From: Rhynchobatus australiae
Lineage: Eukaryota
Reading direction: 5' to 3'
Assembly: GCA_034780895.1 (NCBI GenBank)
Contig: JAUZTB010000002.1
Span: 39,440,683 to 39,504,682 of the forward strand
Length of the DNA stretch: 64,000 nucleotides
The position numbers were made by a program, and so were the translations under genes. Shown piece by piece: positions 40,599 through 54,333 of this stretch. The notes under the pieces are model-generated. The model was not told the origin of the DNA, made no database searches, and saw only the letters and a list, made by a program, of their open reading frames with translations. Within the stretch, counting starts at the first letter, position 1. Every line of letters begins with the position of its first letter.

Positions 40599-42302
40599 CT
40601 GCAGATAAAATAAAACTAGTTTGTATTAAAACAGAAAAAACTTTAATCAATTCCATTTTGCAAGAGCCACAGCAATATATAACTGCACATTTGCTCAAAA
40701 CTACTTCAATGTCTCATGGGTAATGTCACTAATCCATTAGTTGCATTGAATATCAAATGAAATTACTTACTGAAATAACAGATTTAGAAGTAGTCTAACA
40801 TTCATCAAAAGCTGTGCAGCAACTATGTTGTGATGCAAGCTCTCAAGCCAGTTTGAACCACAACAGGACCAAAGAGCCATCTTTAGTATTGGATCAATTT
40901 GAATTATTTATACAAAGCCACAAAAGGTTCTCCAGGTCGCCACAAGTGCTTCATTTTCTTTGTCAGGGCCTACCATAACCACAATACAAAAATGCAATGT
41001 ATATAATGTTTTATACAATGCTATTGTAGGTAATGGATCTAACTGTTGGATTTTTCTCAAAATAAAATCACCACAAAAAGTTATGAAAAGAACAAAATCT
41101 TGTAATAAAAACCTTATTAAAAAAAAGAGAGCAAGGGCATTTGACCAATTTTGGTTTACATCCCCAAATGTTACCTAAAAACAAAATGAACTAATTGCTA
41201 CACAACTGAGGGTGGTGTGCAAAGGAAAAGTACTATATTTAATCTAGTTTCCACCACTGAGAAGCAGCAGCAGTGAGTTTAAATGCAGAATGCCTCATCC
41301 ACACATTGATTTTAAATGGGCTGGAGAAAATTTATTTCATGTTGTCTGTAGAAATAAATAGCTTCTTGGTGGAACAAAGGACTGCTCATTCCAAATGTGC
41401 TCCTGCATAAAATAGTTGCTTTTTACATTTCAAAATCAACTGTCCACCAAATATTCTTTCAAGACTAATTTCTTCATCCTAAGTCTACAGAGCCTGAATA
41501 TTGATAAAGATGAGATAGAAGATGAGAAGGCAGGCTCCTCTCTATGTCAAATCTAGACTGGTGCCCTAAGTTGCTTTAAGCAGCCATTTCATAACACAGC
41601 TTTTTGTCCCTGACTCACATTCAAACAGTCTTGATGAGCAAGACCACTGCTTATTAGTCCTGGAGAACAAGATGCATTTCTTTCTACACAAACCTAAACA
41701 GTTTATACTACAGAAAGGTTGCTCTATTGATTTGTCAGAATCAACACATAGCTCTGTAGGATCTCAAGTAAAGAAAATAATCTATTAATTCATCCATGCA
41801 CTTCCCTTATAGCATTTGCTGTCTATTCTCATTTCCTCATACCAAAAAGCTGCTGCAAACATTGGTTTTTGATGCTCTAATTTACATCATGTCTTGACTG
41901 ATAAAGCTGCAATATTCAAGAATCAACACTATGCATGGAAAAGCTGTTTACTATTTCATTCCCTCTGGACTGTATTCCCTTGGATGCATTACACTGCAAC
42001 AATTGAAGATTGCATCAACAACACCCATTACCATTTTGGCCAAAGGACAAAAGTAGCAATATCCTGAGAACTTGAGTCACCCTGTTTCTACTCAAGATGG
42101 TACCTTAACCTCAAAATCTGACATTTCTTTATCATTGTGCTGTTAATACTCTGAAATAGATTGCCAAGCTCTATTATGGAAAATACCACCACAATGAAAG
42201 TGAATGATCCATCAATCAGCAAATAAGGACTAAATACAACATTGGCCACAATGAGAACTAATAGCCATGTACATTTTTGATGGTTAACTGCTATAAACTT
42301 AC

Positions 42303-42391
42303 TGTAAAAGAGGTGGAAGAATTCCACAGTTTAGTACAAAGTTTCGGCATTCCGCATTGTCACCTGCAATGTTGCCCAATGCCCAGACTGC
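42303..42391 (-). CDS. KPNA5: KPNA5 coding exon (89 nt)
   Basis: tctag|GCA...CA|gtaag; [29 protein letters not shown]. Confidence 0.95.
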
Positions 42392-42933
42392 CTAGAAGAC
42401 AATACAACAAAGGCATGTCTACATAAGTGATAATTTCACAGTTAGAGAGTGATTAAAATATTATAAGCTATGGCCATTTCTAATGAAATTACTTCCTTAG
42501 TTTCTTTTTAAATATTCTAAATTGAGTTATAGATCTGCGATACAGATTCTTCTGGAACAACCTTAAAATTTGAGCCACAGTGTTAACATTGTGGGCATCA
42601 ATAGAAGGATAAATAAACATAACAGATTATGCCATCCTTGTTTATTTTTTTTTAAAAAAGCACTTTTTCTAATTTAGAAATTAGCTATTACTTTTCCAAT
42701 AATAATTAAAAACATTGTTTTAATCCTGAATAGAAAACTTTCAATACTTCAATTTCCTATCTAAACTTATGTTTACACTAACTAAAAATTTATGTAATAA
42801 CAAAAAATTGGTTTTACTATTGCTTTACATTTATATATCAAGTTTAATTCCAGCCATAGAGATAATAAAAGAACTAAAACATCTGAAAAAAAAATCATGA
42901 AAATTGTATAAGTATATAGAACAAAGGGAATAC

Positions 42934-43065
42934 CTGCTCCTGCACATCCTCATATTCGGAATTAAGCAGCTGAATGAAAATCGGTACAGCATCAGCTTGT
43001 ATTACAACTTTAGTATGGAGAAAGGTTCCAGAGGCTATGTTTGTTAAAGCCCATGCAGCCTCAAA
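42934..43065 (-). CDS. KPNA5: KPNA5 coding exon (132 nt)
   Basis: cccag|TTT...CAG|gtatt; [44 protein letters not shown]; [10 protein letters not shown] points to KPNA5 rather than KPNA1 or KPNA6. Confidence 0.95.
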
Positions 43066-46000
43066 CTGGGGAAGTAAAGTGGCACAGGTTAATAATCCAT
43101 AGAAATATTTTGATTTTTTTTCTATTATATGAAACTTAAGATACAAGCTTTAGTTTCACTTTCTTTCAGATTACATTTATGGTTTTCAAGGCAAGATAAA
43201 CATTTCATTTGAATTATCTGCAACACAATGTAAATTTAAGAATAATCTGTTGCATGAAAACAAGTTTCTAAACAGTACTGGAACTTTAAAGATTAATTCT
43301 ACATTGTGTTGAACTGCTCACATGGAATTTAAAAATAAATCAAAGAAAAATTCAAGTTAATGCAACACATCAAAAATGCTAGCAACTAAATTGAAGAATG
43401 AAAATGCATACGTTTTTTGTATACCTACATGTGGCATATAATAAAAATGATGCTCCAGGCTTTTCCCTACTGAAGCCTGCTGGTTGTTTCCCATTCCCCT
43501 ACATGTTTCCCAGATCCAGAAGGACAACATTGTGAGCCAAGATAGACCTGGAGTCAGGCAGTGAAGCCCCAGAAGGTTCCAGGGCCTTGAACAACACAAT
43601 TGAATTAATGAGACAGGCCTGAACAAATTCAGCCAAAGAAACCCCTCTGATAGCCTTTATGGCCATCAAAACCCCATGCCCAGCTTTAATGGGCAAAGCT
43701 GACAAGGTATTAAAATGTTTCTGCACATCTGATAATCAGAGGCATTTAAAATTTATTAAAATTGATTTTTTTCTTCAAATTCAAAGGACATTAAACACAA
43801 ATTAGAAATGCATCTCAACTTGCCTCTATGCAAATCTGGGCTCATGGATCTTGCACCAGGTCCAAACTGGCAAAGAATCTAAGAGCAGATTTTCCAGTGT
43901 AATAATTGGGAAATTTCAAACTTCTGATTTGCCTTCAAATTTCATATGTTGGAGCTCAGCCAGTAGGTTCAGGACTTTAACCTTCCCACAAGAATCCTAA
44001 AATTTACTGGCAAGCCCATTTCTGCATGATACTTTAAATTCTGCATGGAATCGCTAACGAAACTTAGTATAACCCAAACCAATTTTTTCTTAAAAGTTTT
44101 ATGCTTAGAAGTCTGAGCAATGATGAGAAACCACCNNNNNNNNNNNNNNNNNNNNNNNNNNNNNNNNNNNNNNNNNNNNNNNNNNNNNNNNNNNNNNNNN
44201 NNNNNNNNNNNNNNNNNNNNNNNNNNNNNNNNNNNNNNNNNNNNNNNNNNNNNNNNNNNNNNNNNNNNNNNNNNNNNNNNNNNNNNNNNNNNNNNNNNNN
44301 NNNNNNNNNNNNNNNNNNNNNNNNNNNNNNNNNNNNNNNNNNNNNNNNNNNNNNNNNNNNNNNNNNNNNNNNNNNNNNNNNNNNNNNNNNNNNNNNNNNN
44401 NNNNNNNNNNNNNNNNNNNNNNNNNNNNNNNNNNNNNNNNNNNNNNNNNNNNNNNNNNNNNNNNNNNNNNNNNNNNNNNNNNNNNNNNNNNNNNNNNNNN
44501 NNNNNNNNNNNNNNNNNNNNNNNNTACACTTGTTTTCTCCATTCAAATACTGTGGGATAGGTTTCATAAATAACAAAAGGTGAAGTAAATTAAAAGCTTT
44601 GGTTTTCCTATATTTGTAAGTTTCATTACCATCATAAAATAGCAAAGCTGAGAGTCACTGGTTGAGAAAAATAAGTGCGTTTTTTCTTAAAAAAGGCAGG
44701 TCATACTTGATAAATTTGGAATTATTCTATGGTTTGCTATGAATGTTACACAAGTTCAGACAACATCTCATCTGCAGTAGTGAAAACTTGTACTCCATAG
44801 CCATGCCTTTAGCCAAGTATTCCATTCATATTTACACAATACAAAAAAATTGCTTAGAAGTGACCTGTCCATAAATCTAAGCCTCAAATCCAAAACCCAC
44901 TATCAACATGAAGGAATATCTCATGGTGCTATTAAGAGGCATTTACTGACCAATGTCCAGTCTGTGTTTCTCCAGGACTACTTGGCTCTGGATCTTAAAA
45001 CCTTGGGCCAAACACACAAAGAATTGCATTCCAGAGATGAGATAAGAGTGACTGCCCTCAACATAGAATCAATGGAAATCAAGGGACAAGCACTGCACAC
45101 AACAAAGGAGTTTAGCTGCAGTTTGAGGTCATTCATCACAACAAGGACACTACAGCAAGAAATCCTGAGGACCTACCATTGACCTACCATTGTACTCTAA
45201 TGAGCTTCCTTCTGTCATAAGATGTTCACTGATGGATGTGAATATGTGGTTTATAATTAGCAGTCAGTCTCAGGATATGGGGTAAAACAGTCAGGAATGA
45301 GACAAGTAGGAATTTCGTCATAGGGGATGGTTAATGGGTGAAATTCTCTAGCACAGAACACTGCAGCCCAAATCAGTGAATACATTTAAGTAGATGGATT
45401 TCTACACACAGAAAGCTTCAAGGAATACAGGAAGAGAGCAGGAATATAATTTTGAGATAGAGGACCAGTGACAATCATACTGAATGACAGAGTAAGCTCA
45501 ACAGGTGGAATGACTTGCTCCTAGTTTAGTTTATTAGTTATTATTGTCACAAGTAATGAGATATAGTGAAAAACTTGTTTGCATGACATCTAGGCAGATC
45601 ATGCCATATACAAGTACATTGAGATAGTAAAAGTAAACAACGTACAGAGTGTAGCAGCTACAGAGAAAATACAGTGCAGGTAAACAAATGAAGTGCAAGG
45701 ACCACAACAAAGTAGACTGGGAAATCTAGAATTCATCTTTAGCATACAAGAGATCCATTCAAGAGTCTGAAAACATCACGATAGAAGCTGTCCTTGAGTA
45801 CCCAATTCTCTATGTTTCTATGTCTATATCCATGCTTGCATACCACATGATCTAGACAACATTTGGGCAAGGACTGATAACTGGCAAGTATATGGACACT
45901 CTTGACATTCAACACCACTATATCATCACTTCTGCCACAAATCAACATCTGGGGTCCCCACTAACTGGAAACTCAAATGGACCAGCCACAAATACAGTGG

Positions 46001-46403
46001 CTGCAAAAGCAGATTAGAGAATGGTTTCTGCAGTAAGGATCTCACCTCCCAACATCTGAAAATCTTTCCATTGTCAACATATCAAACATTCTTCACGGGC
46101 CTGTAAGTACACAACTTTAACAATGCTCACCAAAACCTTAACACCATCCAGGACAATTAAGTCCATTTGAATAATAATCATGCACATTTAGCTTTACAAT
46201 TTGCTCACTAAACTGGCAGGAGGTATTAAGATGTAGCTGACCCTGTCTGCAAAAATGGATGTACAAAATTTATGATATTACTTGTAATAACAAATGCACC
46301 CTCATGTAGCAGATCCAATAGCTCCATTAAAGTTGCCACATGGGACAGCATCAAGACAATAACTAGTAAAGGAAACAAATTTTACATTTCAAAATATACT
46401 CAC

Positions 46404-46498
46404 TTGGAGGGTAAAGTTCTCATTCCGTTTCAAAAATTCCACAAGTCTTGGCACAATGCCAGGTGTATTTATAACCTCATCTATGGGAGGATTAGGCT
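46404..46498 (-). CDS. KPNA5: KPNA5 coding exon (95 nt)
   Basis: tttag|AG...CAA|gtgagt; [31 protein letters not shown]. Confidence 0.95.
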
Positions 46499-49445
46499 CT
46501 AAAGAGAAAAATTACAAAATATCAAGAATTAAAGTCTATTTCATCTTTCCACAATTCCAATTATTGTGTTATAACTAATAGATCACAAATGTCAAATAAA
46601 TAAAACACTTCTACGTATTTGTAGAATAAACCTATTCAATGCCTTAAGCANNNNNNNNNNNNNNNNNNNNNNNNNNNNNNNNNNNNNNNNTTACAACATA
46701 GGAATCCTCAATACCATATTGTATACACATTAAAATGTATATTATATAGTACAATGCAACTAAGGCTTCTGTGAATCAAAAGTAAGTGGCCATTTTGAGC
46801 GATGGTCAAGAAAACAAAAACCCTTGCAAGCCATACAGTTAGGGGTTGACAAAAAATGCTGGCCTAGTCACTAGCAGTAGATCTTAAAAAATGATTAAAG
46901 CACACTGATGAAACAATTCAATGTCAAAAACGAGTCAAGATTTTATTGCTACATTTAGGGTTACAACTTAAATTTGCATAATCCACCTAGTGTATGGGAG
47001 AACTGTACAATTACTATACAGAATGCTGTTTCCTCCATTATGGTATGGAAGAAGGTTTATGACAAACATCAGGTACTGAAGGCCAGCAGGAAAATGCAAG
47101 GATAAACTAAAAAAGGATACAAGTAGGAAGGGACACAAGTAGGACAGGACAGCATAAGAAAAAACAGCTATTTCTGGGAAGAAAATGGAGGCTTTCATAA
47201 ACATGAAAAGAATAATTAAAAGAATGGAGGGAAACAATACATTTGAGATATATAATGAGGATGAAGTTAACAGAACAATGAGTTAGGACTGGGACAAGTA
47301 ATAGAGCCAAGAAAAAAAATAGATGGAAAGGAAGTGGATGAATTGGTTAGTAAAACTAGTAATCAACTGGTTCCAGGTGCACCCTGGGAATGCAAAGGGA
47401 AACTAAGATTTCAAACTGCCCAGGATATGGAGAAGTTCCAGATAGTGGTAATCAGATCTTTGCTCTGACTAGAGATATGTAGTGAGATCTCCCAGATTTA
47501 GGCAAATGGACCATTGCTTTCCTTGTTTTATAGAATGTACAATGTATATCCGAGTCAGTGTAAAAATTTGAAAATAAAGTAACGTTTTACAGAATGGTTG
47601 CTAACTTCAAAAAGACAAATAACACAAAATAATAACCATAGGCCATAAAGATCCATTAGTCTGCTTTGTTATTCAATTAAATCATTTCACCTGCTTCCAC
47701 CCCACCCCCCCCCCCCCCACCTCAACTAGTTTCCAAAAATGCATCTCAGCCTTGAATACATCTGACTGAGCATGCAAAACCCAAAGAAAAACAACTCCCT
47801 GGATGAAAAAGCATCTCATCACCTTCTATTAAACAAGAGATAATTGCTAATCCTGCTTAATCTCTTTTGAGAGCTATCCCCGCAACCCAGGAATCAATCT
47901 AGTGAACCAAGGCAAGTAAACTGTACAGATGCTGCCTAACCTGCATGTTCGGCACCCTTGTTAGACAGTAAAACATTCTGAAGGGCAACAACATGAGAGT
48001 AACCACGTTTCCCCTCTCCATAGGGACTGTATATCATTGCAAAGACAAAGACTAAAATTGAACAAGGCTGAAGATCTTACCAAAACTTGGTAGTGCATTG
48101 TTATTTTTGCACCTTTTTCTCAGCAATGAAGGCAAAACATAATTTATTTCAATTGTCCATTGAACATATTTAAATTTCATGAATCTGCACATAATGCATT
48201 CATACCACATTTAGTCACCATTTAATAAGTATTCTTCTACTCAAAAATCACTTTTCTTGGAGAAATATTTCATTAAAAATCTACAATTGTGAAATACATC
48301 TTCAATTGTTTATCTAACAAGAAACCTTTCAATTCCACAATCTGTTAAACAATTTTCCCCCACTGCTACAAATTTAAAACTCCCGTTTGAATGAATAATG
48401 TCCCTCCAAAGTGGGAACTTGTATTATGACCACTTTTGTTAGAGATCTGTTATAGTAAGACTACTAACCAATCCTATCATTGCACAAAATCAAATCAGTC
48501 TGTTCCTGGGTTGGTTTTATGTATTGTTCCAAGAAGCTGTCCCAAAAGCATACATTAAACTCAAACTCCAAACTCCTTTTACAAATTTGATTTCCCTAGT
48601 CTACATGAAATGTGGACACAAGTGGCAACTGAAATTTGATGTGAATCAGGAAAAACAAAATGGAGAGCATCTAAAAGCAAAGTACTACAGAAGCTGGAAC
48701 TCTAAAATACAAGTGGAAGAGGCTAAAGCGCACTAGTCAGACAGCATCTGCAAGGAAATACAGAATTAACCTTTCAGGTAGGCAGCTTGAAGCATTAACT
48801 TTTTCACCATCCATGACAGCTTCAAGCATCTCCAGCATTGATTTTTTTTAAATTGGAGAGAGTCAGAACACAATCTAAATGGCTACTTTTTCCCACCAGA
48901 GCACTAGAGGAAAGGGAGCAGAGGACAAACATCTCCACATCCTTTAAGATGGCAGGGAAATTTGAGAAGGCAATTAAGGATATGTATGGGATATTTTATA
49001 AATTAGAGGCATTGATCACAAAATCAAAACATCAGAAACAGTTAAAATTTACTGATAAGACCTCAACTGGAGTTTTGTATGCACTGCTAGGTTTCACATT
49101 AAGAATGGTTAGCCAGGCTATGGAGAAGTTACTGAGGAGATTTAACTGTGATAATCAGAGATGCATAATTTCAGCTATGTGGAGAAACTGAAGCTGAAAT
49201 TGCTCTTAGACCAAATGGCTGATAGCCACTATTGATATTCAAACTTGAGGTTAATAGATTTTTCCTACTTGCTCTATTTGCTCTATCAATTGGGTCTGTT
49301 AGCTGAGATTGCAGATTTAAATTAATCACCAAGCGGGGAAATAGAAAGAAATTAATGCATACAGAAGTTAATGACCTGGAACTCATTTCCTGGAAGGGTG
49401 ATGGAATCAAACCGTAAATGAACTTTAAAAAGAAAATGGATATGT

Positions 49446-49671
49446 TGTAGCCGAATGCGACGCGTTTCCAAAAGGAAAACTCTGAGACATGGAGGCTGAA
49501 TCGAAGCACACTTTACTGAGAGAGACAAAACGCATGCGCGAGAATACCCGAGAGCCTCTCCGGTGGACGTGATGTCAGGTCCCCGCTGGAAGGCCCGCCC
49601 CGCAGTTCGATCTTGACGCGCTCCCGCGCCCGCCGATGGCGGTTCAAAACCTGTGAGTACGGGCCGCTACA
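49446..49671 (-). mobile_element. Young 226-bp CpG-rich solo LTR inserted in a decayed CR1 tail
   Basis: atgt|TGTAGC...GCTACA|atgt: TG..CA ends, 6-bp inverted termini, perfect 4-bp TSD; orientation inferred from AGTAAA on the minus strand. Confidence 0.85.
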
Positions 49672-51423
49672 ATGTATTTGAACAAAAAATGAAGAGTTGT
49701 GAGGGAAAGGAACGGGAAGAATAAACTGGCTTGCTCTTTCAAAGACCCAACTTCAGGATAGACGTACACTGTGGGATTCTGTAAGGGCTGTAAAATCTGC
49801 TGTACAGCATCATCTAGTGGCTAAAATATAATCATGTGCATTAACTGGAGAATCCTACTGAGACAGGTTTTGTCATCAGCAGCAAGTCAATAGTACTCAC
49901 AGACCTCAAAACAATGAATCAGCTCTGGTGATCCTCCCAGTGCAAACGCAGAAACCACTTGGAGGATTCTCATAATATGTAGATAAGTATCACTCAAGTA
50001 TGTTAGGTAGATAAACTATGTATCCCACACCAACAACCAAAATTATGTAATAAATATTCAAAGCTCAAGATACTTTAAATATTAGAAAAAGTTTTGAACA
50101 CAAAATATATTGGAAGTTTTGAAACTTGAAGATTTGCTATATTTTAAAAATAACCAAATAGTCAAGTCATTCCCTTCCATTCAAAGGAACACCACTTGCA
50201 CCCCATATGCAGAATTCTCTGCTGAGTGGATAATGCAAATGTAAAACAATTAATTCAAAATCAATCTGTTCTTGAACCCCAGTGAAGAATTCAAGGTCAG
50301 AATACAACCTGCTGTCCAGCTGTCAGTGTAAAAACATTTCTGAATTGTACATGTACATCTGCATTTGCTGTCATATACTCGAGAAATCCTAGTTGCATTG
50401 CATATTCAAACATGCCCAAACTGCTGTTAATTATGTAGTGCAATAATAGTGAGCACTGAAAATTTGCCACTACCACCCTTTAAAATTTGATCTTGTGTAT
50501 TTGAATTGTCACCTCTCACTCTTCAAAAAACTCTAGCATATACAAAGCATAGCTGTCCAACCTTCTCATGAGACAACCATCTCCCATTCCATAGTACCCT
50601 AATAAATTTTCTCCAAGCATTCTACCTTACTCAAGCATGATCTCCTTCCTTCTGTATTTAATTCTCCTAATAAATAACACTGTTAGCTTTAAGGACTAGC
50701 TATCCTTCCATCCTCTCCTTCTGTGAATCAAACAGATCCCTCTGCATCTCAGAGTTCTATAGCCTGTCACCATTTAGACAGCAGACCTTTTTTACTGCCA
50801 AAACAGACAATTCCACATTTTCTGATACCAATCTTCAATTCTTCATCCACTCCCTTAACCCATCTATATCCTGTTATAACCTCATGTCCTTGGCACTACT
50901 TAATTTCCCATCTTTGTATCATCACTGTGTTTAGCAACCATACCTTCATCTAAGTCATTTACATAAATTTTAACAAGTTGAAGACCCAGCCTTGATCCCT
51001 ATGATACAACACTCATTTTATCTTGCCAAAGAGGAAAAGACATAGCCATTTCCTGTCAGCCATCCAATTTTCTATCCATATCAATATATTATCGCCAACA
51101 CAACATGCATTCTAAAACACTATTGACTCTTACATTGACACATTCTAAAACATTGTATTTTGTTAGTTAGCTATGCCAGAGGACATGTTTAAGGCTTGAG
51201 CATGTAATGCTCCAGCCACTAATGGGATTTATGTCCAAAAGGCTCTGCAGTTGCACAAAGCCTCTCCCTTGAGGACAGGACCAACTTTATGTAGAAAAAT
51301 TGATCCTGGTAAATTTGAACCAGGCAAGCAGACATTTTTCTCAAGGGCTGGTATCAATTAAATGCATCTCACTACAAAATCCAGCTCAGAGTAGTAAGAT
51401 TTCTGCACAAAACAGATTCTTAC

Positions 51424-51523
51424 CTTTTGAAAGTAATTTCCGAAACTTCTGCGTGGCTGCAAGCTGCTGATCTGGATCTTCTGAAAATATCATCTGTACC
51501 ATTTCTACTGTGATTACACCTTC
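51424..51523 (-). CDS. KPNA5: KPNA5 coding exon (100 nt)
   Basis: cctag|GAA...G|gtaag; [33 protein letters not shown]. Confidence 0.95.
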
Positions 51524-51602
51524 CTAGGAGTGCATAAGAGTTTTAACTATTTTTAGTTCAAAATTTATCAAAAACAAAAATATTCTAATTCCTTTCACTT
51601 AC

Positions 51603-51707
51603 CCCTGGCATAGATACCACAGTTGAACTTATATCAGGATCCTGAATGGGGCTTTCAAACATGACTTCATCATCTCCAGGAACAGCTACATTTCTGCGTT
51701 TGAACAA
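51603..51707 (-). CDS. KPNA5: KPNA5 coding exon (105 nt), end of the IBB domain and linker
   Basis: tctag|TTG...GGG|gtaagt; LFKRRNVAVPGDDEVMFESPIQDPDISSTVVSMPG. Confidence 0.95.
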
Positions 51708-51797
51708 CTAGAGTATTAACCAGAAAAGCAAATTATTAGATATAAAATGTGATTAAGCCTTTACATAAGTATTTTGAAAGCTTTCTTCCTTACACAC

Positions 51798-51926
51798 CTG
51801 TTCTTCCCTTTTCTGTTTTCGTAATTGAATTCCCTCTTCCTCTCGTCGCCTTCGCATTTCTTGGGTGTTTAAAGCTTTGTTCTTGTAGCTTCTCATTCTG
51901 TAATTGTCTTTCACTGGGCTTGCCAT
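51798..51926 (-). CDS. KPNA5: KPNA5 first main coding exon (IBB domain); the exon itself begins at 51928
   Basis: ttacag|AC ATG G...CAG|gtgtgt; [43 protein letters not shown]. Confidence 0.95.
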
Positions 51927-52699
51927 GTCTGTAATGAAACATCCCCCAAATCATCAAACAAAATTTAACACCGCAACTGTGGAAAAGGAAGAAAACCAGA
52001 ACCAACTGCTTTCCCCTCAAACAGAAGGACAAACCTACTTTATATAAAGTTTAGTTCAACAAATTCTATTGAGGTACAAATATCAAATCCATTACCTGAA
52101 GCATTTTTGTTTAAAAATCCAAAACTTGAGAGAACAAGATTTCAGACCTTTGTAATCACTTCCTTTATGTTAACAAATGAAACCCACACATAATAGGATT
52201 AGTTTTTTGCCTGACATTTTCCCAGTAACTGAACTTTATTCTGTATTATGGTTTAAGTAAAATCAATAACAACTGCATTTCACAGAAAATGTACTTAAAT
52301 TTATACACTGAATACTTTAATGAAGCAGTACTTCGTTCTGGACTCTAATTGCCCTAACATGTCTTGACTTCAGCTAGACCTTTCAGTTCAACAAACAAAA
52401 TCTTAACCTTGAGGATTTTGGAAAACTCCAATTTATTTCAAATACTTTTGGAAAAACCAAAGTTTTATTTCAGGAAATATGACCATTTAAATTATTTTTA
52501 AAAATTGTGGAATAATTGAAATAAAGAAACCTAGTGTGCATTGAAGCAACTTTTGTTTACAGAGTAACTGTTTAAGGCTGTAAAAGATAGAACAATCACT
52601 GAAAAAGCACCTAATTTTTTGATTTGAGTAAAGAATGAAACTCTCAAAAATGGGCATTACTGCCCACAATTTTCAGGACTGAAACAGCAAAATGCTAGA

Positions 52700-53290
52700 A
52701 AGAGCAAAGGTAGGGCTGATTAGGGACCAAAACAGGCCAGTCAGAGACAAATGCAAGTCCAAGGTACCATTCAAGTACTTTGCATCATCTTCACCGTGGA
52801 TGAGTGAAAGAGAAAGCTCAGATGATGCAAAGTTTAAAAAGGGAAGCTTCAGGAAAGCTTGCTGTACAAAGTAGATAAGTCACCAGGTCTAGATGGAATG
52901 CATCCTACATTGTTGATCAAAGCAGAAGTGTAAATTGGAGATATGGGCCAAAGTCTTTAATGTTCCTTAGTTATGAGGGTAGTGCCAGAGGAAAATTGCA
53001 AACCTTGTACCCATATCACTAAAACAGGACAGTAATGTTAAACCCCACTCCTAAAGGCAGTTTAATCTCTGTGAGAAAGCTTTTAGAAACAAAAATCTGG
53101 ATGAAATTAATAATGTCTTTATTAATGGAAACCAGGGAAGCTTTATAAAAGACTAATGTTTATTCAACTGAAGTTTTTTTTTTGCTGATGACAGAGTATT
53201 AATAAGGGCCCCCTTGCTGAAGGACCTAGCCGTTTGATAAAGTGCCACAAAATAGACCATGGACAAAAACTTTGCTTAGGAATAGAAAAT
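52700..53290 (+). mobile_element. Highly decayed CR1 ORF2 fragment
   Basis: aagtagataagtcaccaggtctagatggaatgcatcct (DKSPGLDGMHP); tttgataaagtgccaca (FDKVP). Confidence 0.65.
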
Positions 53291-54079
53291 GAACTAGAGG
53301 AAATTACCCCCAATTCTGAATCTCTTCTCCCATTGATACTGCATTTTACCTGTATGTCACTGGTTACGTTAGTTCACTGTACTCAGAGCACAAGAGTCAT
53401 TTAAGAAGTTCACATCATGGATGCCTCCTCAAAATACAGTGAGGGCAGCAGCATTTTGGTACAGCTATATCCCTATTCTTAATCAACAGCAATATCGACT
53501 AATCACTAGGACTCTGTACGCATTTCCATTTGTCAGCTCTGCCTTGACTCTGCCGGTTACCTACTTCATCCCAAAAAAAGTACCTTCTGAATGTGTCAAG
53601 AATGTGAACTTTGATGCATAGCCAATGGTTACAGAATTAAATAAATACCCTAATAGTCCTGGTAGGACACATGATGTGTTACAACAGGGAACGTCAATGT
53701 TGATGGAGATAATTGAAATCTACATCTACAGTAAGTATCTGCATCTTGAGGACCTTTGACTCAGGGGAGTCTGAGATTCAGGCACTGATGCATCAGGGAA
53801 GGTGTGTTACTTGGACACTCGATCGTGATGTAATGACATTCCTTAGATTATGTACTATAGAACTGACTAGTCAAAAGAAACAGAAGGGGTTGACTACCAG
53901 TGTTGCTATTGTGAGGATTCTGAAGGTGGTGATGCAGGCTTTAGTCCTTGCACATGTCTAAATAGTAAAACGGTCTTGCAGCCTGTGTCAATGAAAGCAG
54001 AGTTTACAGAGGATAAGTATACTGACCACAGCATTATGCTACATGGGGCTATTCAAATTTGGATAGAGACCCAGAAAGA

Positions 54080-54258
54080 ATGTTGTGGTTATAGGTGACA
54101 GAATGATTATGCAGATAGATACAGTTTTCTGCAGCTGCGAGCAACAATCCTGAAAATTGTTACCTGCCGAGTGCAAGAACACATCTCTGTAGCTGGAGAG
54201 GAAGAGAGAATAAGGGGAAGAGCTACTTGTTGTGGTCCACATAGGAATCAATGACCTG
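54080..54258 (+). mobile_element. CR1 ORF1 (SGNH esterase) remnant, left half; continues at 56837-57130
   Basis: VVIGD...VVVHIGIND motifs; the continuation after the LTR block parallels the uninterrupted copy at about 14085-14250. Confidence 0.6.
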
Positions 54259-54333
54259 TGTTACGTACCAGCAACAACAGAAACACACCGAGACATGTAT
54301 AAGTGTTAAAAACTACTTTATTAATAACTACTT
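54259..54333 (-). mobile_element. LTR end (same family as 20157-20820 and 56090-56836), truncated by an assembly gap
   Basis: tgttacgtaccagcaacaacagaaacac...catgtataagtgttaaaa..tactttattaataactactt. Confidence 0.85.

Noticed and set aside
43969-44645. Long ORFs of 145-193 aa, and similar ones at 62135-62736
   Set aside because: Artefacts of translating through N gaps
28765-51926. Assignment as KPNA1 or KPNA6
   Set aside because: [29 protein letters not shown] and VDENQQQ, together with the adjacent FAM162B, favour KPNA5
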